A DNA stretch of 64,000 bases from Nemertoderma westbladi. Lineage: Eukaryota > Animalia > Xenacoelomorpha. A program made the translations under genes and the position numbers. The notes under the pieces are model-generated. The model did not search any database. It was not told where the DNA came from and saw only the letters and a list, made by a program, of their open reading frames with translations. Numbering within the stretch: the stretch's first letter is position 1; every line of letters starts with the position of its first letter. The stretch covers positions 48,252 to 112,251 of the forward strand of contig JAUCBJ010008691.1 of assembly GCA_032718475.1 (NCBI GenBank), read 5' to 3'. Positions 13,405 through 27,363 of this stretch are shown in pieces.

Positions 13405-15461
13405 ATGGCTGAAGGGGGTCAACATACTCCAGTAGAAGAACAGAATGGTGATGGGGAACCTTTGGCAAACCGATCAGAACAAATAGAAGACGACTCTCGT
13501 TACATTAATCATCCCAAAAACCCAAAGGTGTCTCAATGTAGTCGCCCCACGGAGAGTAAGGCGTCGTCCGGTACTGTAGGAGCTAGTGACATGGACCGAT
13601 GTTTGGGAACTGATGAAATTAGCGACTCTGATGGTGGCAGTGTTGGTCCGATAAGTCTTGGCGATGCGATGGGCACTCGAGCGAGAAGTGAGGAATCCAA
13701 TTATTGTTTTGACTATTTAGCACCAAACGATATTCCATTACCATCGACGGATGATGACATGCAGATGTATAGCATAAAGAGGTAAGTAGGATGTTTTGAT
13801 TATCACTCTAATTTATTGCATCACAACAGTCTGAGTTCAGGACAGCATGGTGCAGACTAACTTAGTAAAATTAGTAAGATAACTATAAAAGATTATACTT
13901 ATTTGAAATAAACAATTATAATCACAATAATAAACAATGTATTTAATTTACATTAAGATTTCATTGTTATGAAATTGTTTATCAAATTCAATTATCGTTG
14001 AGGTTTTTCTGATGATGATCTCATTCCAAAATAAATATCTCATGTTCCAATTATAAATAACATTATAAAAGAAAATATAAACAACTTGTTGAAAGTGGCG
14101 GCGCCTTGAGCAATTCCGTGAAATTCGGTAAAATTAATATTCCATAAAATTAAATTCCTCAAGCTCAACAAAACCGTATACTTTAGGCCCGCCGGACACT
14201 AGAGATGCAAGATGCAAAAAAGGACATTCTTGATGTTCTATTTTTGCAACTCGAATTATAGAATACATGGTAGACTATGGGCGGCCGTACACTAGAGATG
14301 CTTGATAAATTCTTTGCAATACACATTAAAATAAATTAATAACATAAAAGCTATCAATATATAAAATAAAATGCGATGCATCTTGCATTGTGCATCTTGC
14401 ATCTCTAGTGTGCAGCGGACCTAACGAAACAAGATTTATCTACTAATACTAATTTGGTTTAGAAAAATGTGTAGAACGAACGACTAATTTCGCATAGCTT
14501 TCTGCGCAATCCTTGTAATGCTCATTATTTCTTTCGCCAATATGACAGACAACAATTTTACTTTATTATAAAAAATGATTATTTCTCTCGCGATGTTTTT
14601 TGACATTAGAACCAATGGAATTTGCTCACTGTAAACAAATGGGATCTATGTTATAGTGTAATATGACTACTATAATAGATAAAAAATATTTTGTGACAAC
14701 TTTATTAAATATTTAATAAAATTATTAATTATTTCCAAAACAGATGCATTAATGAAATACCTAGAGAAAGCCTCGATTATGGCAGAAAAGATTCCATCTA
14801 CGCTACGATTGACGCAATGTTTCCACAAGATTCCACCATCATTACTAAGAAAACACAAAAAATGAGTAAAACCTCGTCGCATAAAAGCACAAAATCGTGC
14901 TCATTCTTCATAATAATAATCATAATTTGGGTGATCTTGTTGAGCATTGCTACGGGAGGGCTAATTTACTTGATATTTGTGGATAATCCATTGAAGCTGA
15001 GACCGCAGAGTGGACTCTCAGATACCGAGATCGGACAAAATATTCATGAGAGAATAAAAGATGACATTGACAAACAGATGGGTATTGATGAAGATAAATT
15101 GGAAGAATTAAAGGGAGTGGTAGTCACTGTTAGTAACACACTCCTAGTGGTGAATGAGACTATCGTAGACATGTTGCAGAACCACAAAGATGTGGCGGAA
15201 AGGGGGGCTGAGCTAGTCAGACAGGATTTGGATGTTCTGCACGCGAATGTGCTCAATAAGGAACAGGCTGCGCGTAGGAATCCAAATCTTTCCGATTGTC
15301 TTTGGGTTTGCAGCAATCAGAACTTACTGCGGACTTGTAGTGGTGGCAGAGTCATTACCGGAACGTGCTTTTCTTACTGGAGAGATAATTGCGGAGGAAA
15401 CAACTTTTGCGGCGGCAGTTGGTACTGGGTAGCTATGCGATGTTGCAGAGTTAATTCTTAA
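13405..15461 (+). CDS. Two-exon gene (13405-13781, 14744-15461), ~364-aa type II membrane protein: cytoplasmic tail with ITIM-like SIYATI, TM helix, coiled-coil stalk, C-terminal Cys-rich domain
   Basis: AG|gtaagt donor and aaaacag| acceptor join the 126-aa and 214-aa ORFs in frame. Hydrophobic FFIIIIIIWVILLSIATGGLIYLIFV. AATAAA overlaps the stop. Confidence 0.8.
14186..14421. mobile_element. Intronic MITE, PIF/Harbinger-like
   Basis: Imperfect TIRs ggcccgccggacactagagatgcaagatgca / tgcatcttgcatctctagtgtgcagcggacc, with tta/taa flanks. Confidence 0.6.
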
Positions 15462-17605
15462 TAAAGATACTTAGGCCCGCTGCAAACGATGTCACGTTTG
15501 TTTCAGCATTATGGTGCAAGCGACGAAATACTTTAGTCTTTGATGTTGTAATTTGTTTTATAGACATAATTTCTCATAAATTAAATTGGAAAAAGTTGTT
15601 TCTGTTGAAACTGTAAGCGTTTGCCTGTATCAAAAACTTTTTTGACCGATTTTGGTGCAGAATTTAATTTAATTTAATTCGAATATGTAAGTTATTGCTT
15701 CTCATTATGTTACCTTTGAAAATATTACGATTTTTACAATGGTATGTTTTCATTTCAATCAAATTTACATCATGTGACCCCAACCACCCCTGAAGCTAGA
15801 AGATAGCGGCATGGTTGTAAAAGCTTTGGCGGACAAAATAAGTCATTTTGAGCAATGCGCTAAATACTCTAAAAGACTTATAAACTTATGCAACTACGTG
15901 TCTGTCCAAACTCAGAGCTGAGATGACGAAATCTACCAGCTGTTTCTTTCTGTGAAGGATCTGTGTTAGTTGTTGACATATTTCAGCCAATCAGAGCGAT
16001 CTTCCTTTACCTGTGCTCTGTAGCCTATATAAAATGATACAATGCGGCAAAATTCTCAGAATTCATTCATTCTGATTTTCTAGCTGTTCTGACTTCACCC
16101 GAAAATATCAGTGGCCTGAGAGAGTCATAAGAACGCAAATCTATTAGCATTTCATACACTGCACTGCATCACAACAAAACATTTCAATTCATTTCAAATT
16201 TAACACCGTTTTTTACTGTTTTATACTGTTATTAGCTGTTGTTATATATTAATCGATGTTATATTTGGAGTATACTGATGAATAATCATTGAATCCCCCT
16301 TAACTTTCTTAATTACTGAGGTAAGCAGAAGGGTGTATCAGTAGCAATTGTGGCTCAATTTATAGTGGTCTGTATGAATTTAATGCTATTTCATAACCCC
16401 AATGTATGTGAGTCGCAATCCTCCTTATATATGACTAAAATCGGTGACAGTCGGCAAATCAGTGTGTGTTAGTGTGAATATTAGTACAGCAGTTGAGTGT
16501 GAAGGTTAATAAAGCATTCCTAAAGAATGCACCATTTGCGTTATCTCATTGCCACTCGTTGTAATTAGTGTCAGTCATAACTCTGCGTGATACTTAAAGC
16601 GCCACGCCCCAAAGGAACTGTTAATATTTCCCTGAAAGTAAATATAGTTGTCGGAGATTATATAGTAGTGATCAATCGAATAATACAAAATAGCCTACTC
16701 TTCTCTCTGCAATAGAATCCAGTCTACCACACCCGTGAGTCATAGACTGGCTTCAACTGATATCAATTAGTACGGGCGATTATCAACTCATAAGACACTT
16801 AAATTAGCAGGTTAAACTGTTAAAGGTCTAAAAGCGCGAACATTAATATATTTTTTGATTTTATTGTTCCGTAGGCAATAAAACCTTAAACCATACCGGT
16901 CGGACGGTAACCTGTAACCTTAGCGGTACTGGACCGGTACCGCATAGCAGTATTAATCCAATTGTGACATATTTGTATATTCGTAGGCTGTTTAAGAGAC
17001 TAGGGCCTGTACAGTACACCCCTTATTTCTTTTATAGTTTACACATTTCTATTGGCTTTATTTACCGGTAAGTGTAGTATTGAGCAGAAGGTGTATAAAC
17101 CTGCTCGTATTGTAAAGATAACTCATAGGCTGAATTGTTGTCTGATTGTTGTTAGGTCTGAAGTGGATTACAGTGTGTGTAGATTATTCGTCCAATAAAG
17201 TGCTAGTTAGGCAGTGGAGGCTTCCAAAGTTGTAAGGTAAATCCCCCACGAAAGAATAAGTCGTACTATGTAGTCTAGAACGCTTACTAACTAACCATTT
17301 TGGAGACTGCATATGCTGTGGTTTATTTTAGGCTTGGTGGTAGTCTGTCACCATTTTGGTCTGTGTTTTATTTGAATAGTCTGTACGGGTAGCATAATAT
17401 TTATTATTCAGAGTTTATGCAAGTAATTTACAACTTTCATGTCCCCAGGTTTATTCCTTACAGTAATTCTGTTTGTTATGCATACCGTAATAGTTAAATT
17501 AACCCCGGTACTACTTCAGGACTGCTTGGCGTAGGCCAAACTGGTGATTTCTTTAGCATCGGATGATTAAGCCTAAATACTCCGGTCACTCCAGCAAATG
17601 CTGTG

Positions 17606-18766
17606 TGTTCGCGCTTTCAGACCTTTAGCAGTTTAACCTGCCAATTTTAGGTGTCCTCTTGTTTATACGTCGACTTTAGCCTACAACAATTATTTGGTAC
17701 ACATGAAGTAACATTAGCCGAAACCAGTCTATGCGCGAGCATTCACCCACTGTTAAGGGAGACTGAATTCGGGCGCTTTGAAGTTATTGCGGTGCAGACC
17801 TACTGTATTATTCGATTGATCGTTACTATATAATCTCTGACAATATTATTCACTTTCGGGGAAATATTAATAGTTCCTTTAGGACGTGGCGCTTTAAGTA
17901 TATAAAACAGAGTTATGACTTACACTAAACACAATGGGATGGCTACTGAGTTTCGTAAATAGCGCATTATTTAGGAGATGCTTTATTACCAGTCACACTG
18001 CTTCACACGACTTCACACTACTGCACACTGATCTGCCGACCGTCACTGAATTTGATCATATATATGGAGGATAGCAACTGACACATGTAGGGATTATGAA
18101 ATAGCATTTAATTCACAGAAAACCACTATAAAATAAATCGCAATTGCTACAGGTAACCGGTCCCTCTTACCTTCAGTAATCAAGAAGATTGGGGTTTTAT
18201 GATTATTTATCGTTATTCTCCAAATATATCAGCAATATATATCCATTAATAACAGACAGTAAACTGAAGTAAAATAATGCGGTGAACAATCAGTATATGT
18301 TACTTATGCAAATCAGTTCAGCATTTCGTGTTATTCAGTGGTTAAGATAATAGATTTATGTTCTTATAATCAAAGCCATCTAATGTTGGCCAAAGTCTGA
18401 AACTTCCACAACAGAAGTACAGAAGCTTTCCAAGCCGGTTCTGCTGCTCGGAAAAAAGGTAAACAAAGACTGTCATGCATTGCGCGGTTTTCCGTAGGCT
18501 TCTGTAGAAGTAAAATGAAAATCGCTCTGATTGGCTGAGCATAACAAAGATAGGTTACACGTTGGCAGTAAATCAGCTGACAGATTGCGTCATCTGAGCT
18601 ACAATCTTTTAGAGTATTAAGCGAATTGCGGCAAAATGGCTTGTTATGTCCGCTAAAGCGCACATACAGACATGACGGGTAAAAATGGCTTGTTATGTCC
18701 GCTAAAAGCACCTACACGGTACATTACGGGTAAAAATGTCTTGTTATGACCGCAAAAGCTTTTACA
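17606..18766 (-). mobile_element. Solo LTR related to family B, 5-bp TSD CTGTG
   Basis: ctgtg|TGTTCGCGC...GCTTTTACA|ctgtg, TG...CA termini. This copy defines the LTR-B ends; a 5-bp TSD is typical of BEL/Pao. Confidence 0.9.
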
Positions 18767-19214
18767 CTGTGGTTCTTTTAGCTGTTCACGTATATTTAAC
18801 TGCAAGTTATATGTTGTACAAGTGCTAGTATCTAATCTAGGGTTTAGAGTACAGCACTTTCCTGAAAGTTAATTTAGTGTACACAGTATATTTGTGTTGT
18901 AAAGTGGTTAATAGGTCCGTTAGCATCGGTTATGATAATTAACTTCTAGGTATAGGACACTCTGGGTACGTTTGTTTATAGTGTAGACTATAAGCCATCA
19001 GATGGTGGCTTTTCCATATCTGGACAACACAACATATTGAATACTACTTTATTGGTTTCAAAATTCCGTAAATTCCCTGTCAGCCTAGCCTGTAAGAACC
19101 AGAAATTCTAAAATCTTGTTAGTCTGGTTTGTAAAATTCTTGTATAATTACCCTAAAAAATTGTATGTGTAACTTGTTTATTGTTTTTTTAGAGATTGTG
19201 TAATCTCATTCTGT

Positions 19215-19750
19215 GGGGCGAGCCACGAAGTTGGCGGAGCCTTAGCGAATTGACACTGTTAGGGGGTGGGTCAATTTATGCAAATAGTTGTCGTCGTCGT
19301 CGTCGTTGTCGTCGTCGTCGTCATCGTTGTCATCGTCGTCGTCGTTACGATTTTGACATGCTAATAACTTTGTCGGATTTAAAGCTGCCAAGTTGAAAAT
19401 TTGTAGGTATCAATATGAGCAAAAGTTGAGATTTTTGAGAGACTTTCAGACACCATCAGTGCAATGGTCTCCCGCTAGAGGGCCACATGTCTAAACATTA
19501 AATGCCCTCCCATTTCTTTGCTTTTAATCCGTTTAAGCTGAAACTTGGCAGATATGTATTAGACCATTAGCTGTGACTTTCAAAGGAGGCGAATCCATCT
19601 GCAGTTCTCCAGTCTGCCGCTAGAGGGCCAAAGGTCTGAAAGTGAAAACAACTAACGACGACAACTATTTGCATAAATTGACCCACCCCCTAACAGTGTC
19701 AATTCGCTAAGGCTTCGCCAACTTCGTGCTGCGCGAAGGCCCCACTTCGT
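19215..19750. mobile_element. Non-autonomous repeat with ~75-bp inverted ends and (GTC)n; Helentron/HINE-like; related inverted copy at ~20255-20660
   Basis: 19224-19296 is the reverse complement of 19656-19727. Its end matches 22221-22248. Family assignment is tentative. Confidence 0.55.
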
Positions 19751-21585
19751 GTAGTGATAAGTAACTTAGTTAAGTAGAATTATCAGTATTTAGTGTCTAA
19801 CAAGTAGCACTCCACTGAGAGCGTCAAACCTCTGTGTAGTGACTTCGTACTCAGAAATAATAACATTTATTTAAATAATTGACAAACCCCATTATGGGTA
19901 CATATATTATAAATTTAACTCAATCAGATTTATAAATTAGTAGGCCTGTTATACATCAATTAGAATTGTTGCTTAATACCAGTAATAGAGTAAAGGGAAA
20001 TAATTCCTAAAATCGGATATAATCAGTTATTATATAATTGGTGATAATATCGGTGTCTACAGTAAGCTTATTATATATTTATAACTTAGGCTAAACCCAT
20101 ACCGGTATTCAGTAATTGATATCAGTCTGTATCGGTAGTAGTAATACTGTTATATATACTATAGAGTGTAAACCGCTGCATCCCCAGTTGGTTATGATGT
20201 GAGATTATGAGTGCACGGAATTGAATCCGCTTACAAAATCAGTGATTGCACTTTGAGACATTTTGCCCTCTAGCGGCAGACTAGAGAACTGCAGACAGAT
20301 GTGCCTCCTTTGAATGACAAAGTTAATGGTCTAGTACAAATATGCTAAGTTTCAGCTAGAACGGGTTTAAAGCAAAGAAAATGTGAGGATATTTAATATC
20401 TAGACATGTAGCCATCTAGCGAGAGACTGATGATTTGATGGTGTCTGGAAGTCCCTAAAAAACAAAACTTATGGTCTTATTGATGACTAATTTTAGACTC
20501 GAAAGCTTTAAATCCGACGAAGATATAAGTAAGTCAAAATCGTAGCGACGATGATGACATACAGTACAATTATTGAATGAACTATTTGCCATAATTGAAC
20601 TACCCCCCTAAGAGATAGCACCAGTTCGCAAAGGCTCCACCAACTTCATGGCTCAGACCCTATACCCCATGCTATAAAATGTATTCGATCGATATACAAT
20701 TATATATTAATCCACTAGGTGGTGTCAAATTATTATTCTGCAATTTCGTACTTGTACAGTACAGCAGTACCTTACCGGTAGGCCATGTCATTACTTCGGA
20801 GTCTCTAGTCGATCCCCAATTAAATGTCTTAACTTTTCAATTTCGTAGAAGATAGACTTTATGATTCTCTACAAGCAACCACAATTTCAGCTCTGGAAAA
20901 TGAGGCGTTCCCGAGAAATTTAACATCTTCTAAAAACCACATAATCTGTTGTAGCTGACGTCAGACTGCATGATTTTTCACCAAAGTTTACAAATTTGCT
21001 AAACTTTCCCTCTATTACTTACCTACTACGTTTGGTTCAATTTCAAATCAACGATGCCGAGAAATTCGCGTTCAAAGACTTACCAGACAGACGGACAGAC
21101 AGACGGACATGCCCCATTTGCCCTATATGAACCGTATGCAAAGGCTCGCGACAACGTGTCTCGCCCCACACAGACAGATAGACACACACGGAAGCCAATA
21201 AATTTGCTGGAAACTTACAGGGTTGCTCTTGTATTCAATTGATAGCCTCAAGCTGTGTGTAGAGGACTGGCTGACTGGCTACCTAGTATAATAGGGGTAA
21301 TTGGTTCCATTAGAGCGTTGTCCTGGCAACGATAAGGTTGGGGTAAGATTGTGCTGGGAGTGGCTAATATACAACTCTGCTGTGTGTAGAGAGATTGGCT
21401 AGACAGTATCGGATTATTCTAATCGATTTTTGATTTCGTGAAACATGTTGCCACGACCACACAATACGCTTTGACGCGTAAAATGAAAAGCCTAGACAGC
21501 GACAGTGGTCTGCATCGTGCTAATACGCGTCGATTGAGCCACGAAGCAACGAGTGAGAGCGAAATCTGATGAAGTGTATAGCCGA

Positions 21586-22148
<563 letters not shown>

Positions 22149-22619
22149 AGGAGATTTATATATATAGATCACGCATGGAATGTTCTATGACATGTTATAT
22201 ATGTGGTACTACCGGTACACGTTCGTGGGGCCTTCGCGCAGCACGAGGCTCAGTTATGTGATACAAACTGAGATACAAAATGAGATACTGCGTTTTGACA
22301 ACTAGGTTGGCCTCTGTTAATAATATTATTTAACGCACACGGACCTGTAGTGGTTTACATGCTTATGCAGAAGTACTTACTAACAGGAAATGACAGACTT
22401 GTATTAGCAAGTACATATGTAGTTTAGGAAGTTTCAACATTTATTAGCAGGTAAGCTAGTGTAGTAGGCCTATAGTTCGGTGTTTAGTGTTCTCTGACGA
22501 TGGCCCTAGAGGCAGAAATATATTAGAAAAAGTAAGAAGATGATTGTTTTAGAAACGAGGGTAGACCCCAAACTCAGACCTCTGGTCCCATTCCGTAATG
22601 TTTGAACATACCCCTCTGA

Positions 22620-24660
22620 AGTCGGCTTGCCGGTATCTCAAGACTTTTATTATTAATTACTCTATCTTAGATAATGTAGTACCAGGCGAACTGAAATTAG
22701 CTAAGGTTGTTCCTCTGTATAAAAAGAATAGTAAAGTAGAACCCTGTAATTACAGACCTGTTAGTATCTTAAGTATTGTATCTAAAATTCTAGAACGTTC
22801 TGTTTTTCTACAGCTGGAAGCACATCTTAGTAGGCTAAATCTGATCTATGAACTTCAGTCCGGTTTTCGTAAATCATATTCTACAGACACCTGTCTTATT
22901 AACTTAACTGATACAATTAGATGTAATAACGCAAAGGGTTTATATACTGGTATGGTAATGTTGGACCTACAAAAGGCTTTCGATACTGTAGATCACGAAA
23001 TTCTGCTTGTTAAGTTAGGCCTGATGGGTGTAGGTTCTATAGACTGGTTCAAGTCCTACCTGTCAGACAGAGGTCAAACTGTAGTCATTAGCAAATAGCA
23101 GTCTACTGTACAAGAGATTACCTGTGGTGTACCGAAAGGTAGTATATTAGGTCCTCTGCTTTTTTTTATTATTACCTTTAATCCAGGCCTTAGCCCATAA
23201 AAACGAGAAAAACAAGCACACAACCAATCAAGCACAGAGTATGAGTAAGTAGGTCACTGAAATCATACCTAAGAAAGAATACGTGATATTGAGTTAATAC
23301 TACAAGTACGCGAGATCTCACGTAAAATAGAATTGCAAGTTGTGTCAATTCTACGCAATAAACTTTGTTTGGAACGGTACCGAATATGGCAAAACATTGG
23401 AAGGTTTGTATGCTATGTAAATGATATGATAAGTAGTATAGATACCGATTTTAAACTGATTTTATATGCCGACGACAGTGTTCTTATTTTCTCTCATAAA
23501 GATCCTATCCATATTTCCCAAAAGTTAAGTGCAGGTCTAGAATCCTGTAATGAGTGGTTGGTTGATAATAAGCTATCCATTCACTACGGTAAGACTGAAA
23601 GTATTTTGTTTGGTTCCAAAAGAAAGTTAAAGAAGGTAACTAAGTTTGAAATCACTAGTAATGGACATAAGATTGAAAATAAAAAGGAAGTTAAATATTT
23701 AGGCGCTACATTGGATAACTGCTTATCAGGAGAAAGCATAGTGAAAAATATTTTCTCGAAAGTTAACAGTAGGCTTAGGTTTATATACAGAAATAAAAAT
23801 AGTTTGAACACCGACTCCCGCAAGTTACTTTGCTCTTCTTTAATACAGTGTCACATGGACTATGCGTGCTCTTCTTGGTATGAAGGCTTAACCAAACAGC
23901 TTAAATGTAAATTACAAGTAGCTCAGAATAAAGTAGTACGATTTATTAAAGACTACAAACCTAGGCACCACCTAACTCCAGATGACTTTGCTGAATCTGG
24001 ACTACTTAACTTAGATAGTAGAGTTAAGCAGCTACGCCTTAACCATGTGCATAAAGTGTATAATGGTAAATGTCCCAATTACCTAAAACAAAAATTCAAC
24101 AGAGTACGCGATACACACTCTTACAGTACCAGAGCTAGTGCTTCAAACTTCTACCTCCCGAATTGTAAATCCTTTGAATCTGATACTTTCTTTTTTAACG
24201 GTATTAAAAATTGGAACGCTCTGCCTAATAAAATTAAAAACCTAGATAATCAACTTTCTTTTAAATCTGCTGTTAAATCTCACCTCCGTGTGCAATGTAA
24301 AAATAGGTACAATAGTCCTACATTAAGTTATTAGTTTATTAATTATTTACTATTTATACTGTAATTACGTTTTAGTTTTATAATAAATTGTTCTGTACAT
24401 TACATCTTTATCGTTGAGTCGGACATTGTCACGCTTTTGGTAAAGTTGTACATGTACATAGTGTAATTACGTTTATATTGGTTTTAGGTTAGCGTAGTGT
24501 AATATTGTATTTGTAACCAAGTAACATGAAGGACCCCCTTGGAAATAAGCTGCAAAGCTTTAGGGGTAATCCTATATGTTATGTTGGACAATACCTTTAT
24601 ATCGGTACATTGATTGGTGTATTTGTTATTGTTTTTACATACAGTAATGTATAAATAAAT
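22620..24660 (+). mobile_element. 5'-truncated CR1/L2(Crack)-type LINE, RT pseudogene with ~250-bp insertion at ~23161-23408
   Basis: NYRPVSIL, QSGFR, LDLQKAFDTVDH, GVPKGSILGPLL, LYADD, KYLG, WNALP motifs; stop at 23096; 3' UTR ending aataaat. Confidence 0.9.
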
Positions 24661-24669
24661 CTATAATCT

Positions 24670-25696
24670 ATAACCATCCTTTACCAATACCAGTGTGGAT
24701 TTATTTGGCCCTATTGAAGTGTATCGCGCTAGGACTAAAGTCAAGCGATGGTGCGTCATCTTTGTTTGTATGACTTGTAGAGCGATCCATCTTGATATGG
24801 TGAACGATCTATCTACCAACAGCTTCATACTGAGTTTACGCCGACAGATCGCTCGCTTTGGAACTAGCAACACGATGATATCTGACAAAGGTACTAATTT
24901 CATTGGAGCCAACAACGAGATCAAAGCTTACGTAAACGATTGGAACCAAAGACAGGTGGACGATCAGCTGAGAGTAACAGCATCTAGCTGGACCTTCAAC
25001 GCCGCCGACGCCCCTTGGTGGGGAGGAAGTTGGGAGAGACTCATACGTAGCGTGAAGACCGCATATCACTTTGTACTGTCGTGCTGCGCCTATCTCACCG
25101 ACAAACTTTTGTGGACGTTAATGGAGGAAATAGCCGCCCATCTCAACGAGAGACCGCTTATGCCAGTCTCATCGAGTCCAGACTCCCTAGAAGCGCTAAC
25201 ACCCGCGCATTTCCTACTAAAGAAACCTGTAGCCAGGCTCCCGCAGTCGGAAATAACGGACGGAGACAAATACTGCCGACAAACTTGGCAACTTATGCAG
25301 TTATTATCCTGTCGTTTCGCTGACCATTTCAAAAAATATTATCTTCCTACGCTGCAGCTTCGAACAAAGTTGTTTGTGCAGCAATAAAATGTCAGCGCCG
25401 GAGACATGGTCCTCATTGTGGAATCAGATCTTCCCCGTAAGAGGTGGCAGACAGGTCGTATCATCGAGATTCATATATCTGATGATGATTTAGTGAGATC
25501 GGTGGAACTCGTAGTCATGCGACGTAAGTACAAAAAACCCGAAATTGTTTTTGAAACTCAGCAACTTAATCGCCCGGTTGGTCATTTATGTTTATTGGAA
25601 CGAGACCGAGAGTTGTTTGGCAACTACGGTAAACAAGAGACTCTTCCTACAACCAACTCTCTCATCCAACAAACATCTAGGGACTCCACAACGTAA
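24670..25696 (+). pseudogene. pol: BEL/Pao integrase C-terminal fragment (third, conventional family)
   Basis: DLFGP, RAIHLDMV, SDKGTNF, WWGGSWERLI, LTPAHFL, W.TGRI...DDLVRSV; one in-frame stop at 25385. Confidence 0.9.
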
Positions 25697-25714
25697 CAGC
25701 GATTGGAGTGGGTG

Positions 25715-26123
25715 TGTGACTCTATTATTTTATTTGTTTTATTTTATATTCATGTACGCATTATTATGTAATTTATATTATTATGATCGTTTTATTTAAT
25801 TATATTTAGTAGAATAATTTTAGACGATTATTCAGTAGATTAGTGCAATATATTTCGTATTTTATTAATTAATTTAGTATAATATATTTAGTTAACGGCG
25901 AGATATAATTTCATTTTCTCTTTCCTTACTGTCCGTATCCTACTATAAATACGTGATTACAGTAAGATGAAATGTCGGTACTTATTAAAGTACAATCTAT
26001 ACCGTTCCTACTATACTTATGTATTATTGGTAAAGTAGAGTATTAGGAATGCAAAGTTCAGATCCTCGTGTCTCGGTTAAACCAAGCTCTGGGTAGACCT
26101 TGGAAACGACTTGCCTCTTCACA
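25715..26123 (+). repeat. 3' LTR of the conventional BEL fragment
   Basis: PPT GGAGTGGG upstream, TGTGA...TCACA termini, TATAAATA and ATTAAA inside. Confidence 0.65.
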
Positions 26124-26241
26124 CTGACATTGCTTCTTGCAATATTGCTCTCGTACTGTATTTTAAATAATACATATAGTAGAAAGATGTCCATTTAACA
26201 GTAGCGCTGTCAAAGTAAATCAGTTAAATTCTTTGACCAAT

Positions 26242-26568
26242 AAATCTGTTAAACCCTTTGACCATCTGAAATTCCAGTCGATTAAAATATCGCGGCACCC
26301 ACCGATATACTTGAAAGGCAAAATTCTAGAATCAGTGGTTAACGTCCCCAGACATGTTCTGGAATAAATCGGTGCCCATCCTAATATTAACTATTTGTTA
26401 AATATTCACAACATTTGTTATAACAAAATGTTGAAATAAAAATCTGTTTAACCTTAGATCCTCTAAAATTTTAGTCGATTAAGATATCGCAGCACTTACC
26501 GATATACTTAAGAGACAAAATTTCTGGAATCAAGGATTAGCATCCCCAGACATGTTCTGGAATAAAAC
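26242..26568 (+). repeat. Tandem duplication, ~200-bp period
   Basis: aaatctgttaaacc...cagacatgttctggaataaa occurs twice. Confidence 0.7.
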
Positions 26569-27363
26569 TGTGTCTATTTTAATATAAAATAATAAAATTC
26601 ACGGGAATAAATTTTAAATTCATATCCTCTCATGAATTAATTAAATTGTCATTTTATACAATTTATTAACATTCCCAAAATTCCATCAATTAATAGATCA
26701 TGGGAGCGGAGATTCACCCTATTGGGTATAGCAGTGTGAGAGAATCTCCAGTGTACAGCCAATAGCCGACAAAATTAATAAATATCATATATAAAGGGAA
26801 TATTAATAACCCAAGAGTCGCTATTAAATAGCATCCCAGATCTGCATGCATGAGAAATACCCTAATTCTACCGCTAGCTTTGCATAATGTCACCATAGTA
26901 ACAACCACGCTAGAATTAGTTAAGTTAAAAGAACAATAGAAAGCTTACCCCATTGAATAGAATGCGCAATACATAGCATCTTGATAGTATCCAAAGATAC
27001 ATAATAATAACGTGGCATTCTAGAAGGCATCTGACTAACGGACAAATGGCCCTAATTTGTACAAATTGTGGCAGGAATGTGGAATTTGTGTATTTATAGG
27101 TGAATGTTACTACTAAAGAGTGTTTACAGTAGCGAGTCGCAATTGTGAAAGTTATCCTACATCTGTTACAAGTACCTCCAGTATATTCGAGCCCTTGGGA
27201 TGGACAGTAGAGTGACTCGCACTGATTATTGTTGTTGTTGTGTGGCTACTACGTTGGCGAGGGGCACAGCGACAGCAGTACATCGGGGGCAGTGGGGGAG
27301 TAAAGGGTGGCGACGCTCACTAGCCTTTATTTATTATAATATCAATAAACTCACATATCTAAT

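Larger units (their letters stand above)
15816..20175 (+). mobile_element. LTR family B 5' LTR (15816-16842) plus non-coding leader, interrupted by a solo LTR and a Helentron-like repeat
   Basis: LTR runs TGTAAAAG...GCGCGAACA. The downstream sequence is colinear with 57830-59430. Confidence 0.75.

Noticed and set aside
19196-19396. Arg-rich protamine-like ORF
   Set aside because: Product of the (GTC)n tract in a repeat element.
21141-21151. Partial match (aaggctcgcga) to the dispersed hairpin motif outside the LTR elements
   Set aside because: Lacks the 3' arm GTCTTCC; probably chance.
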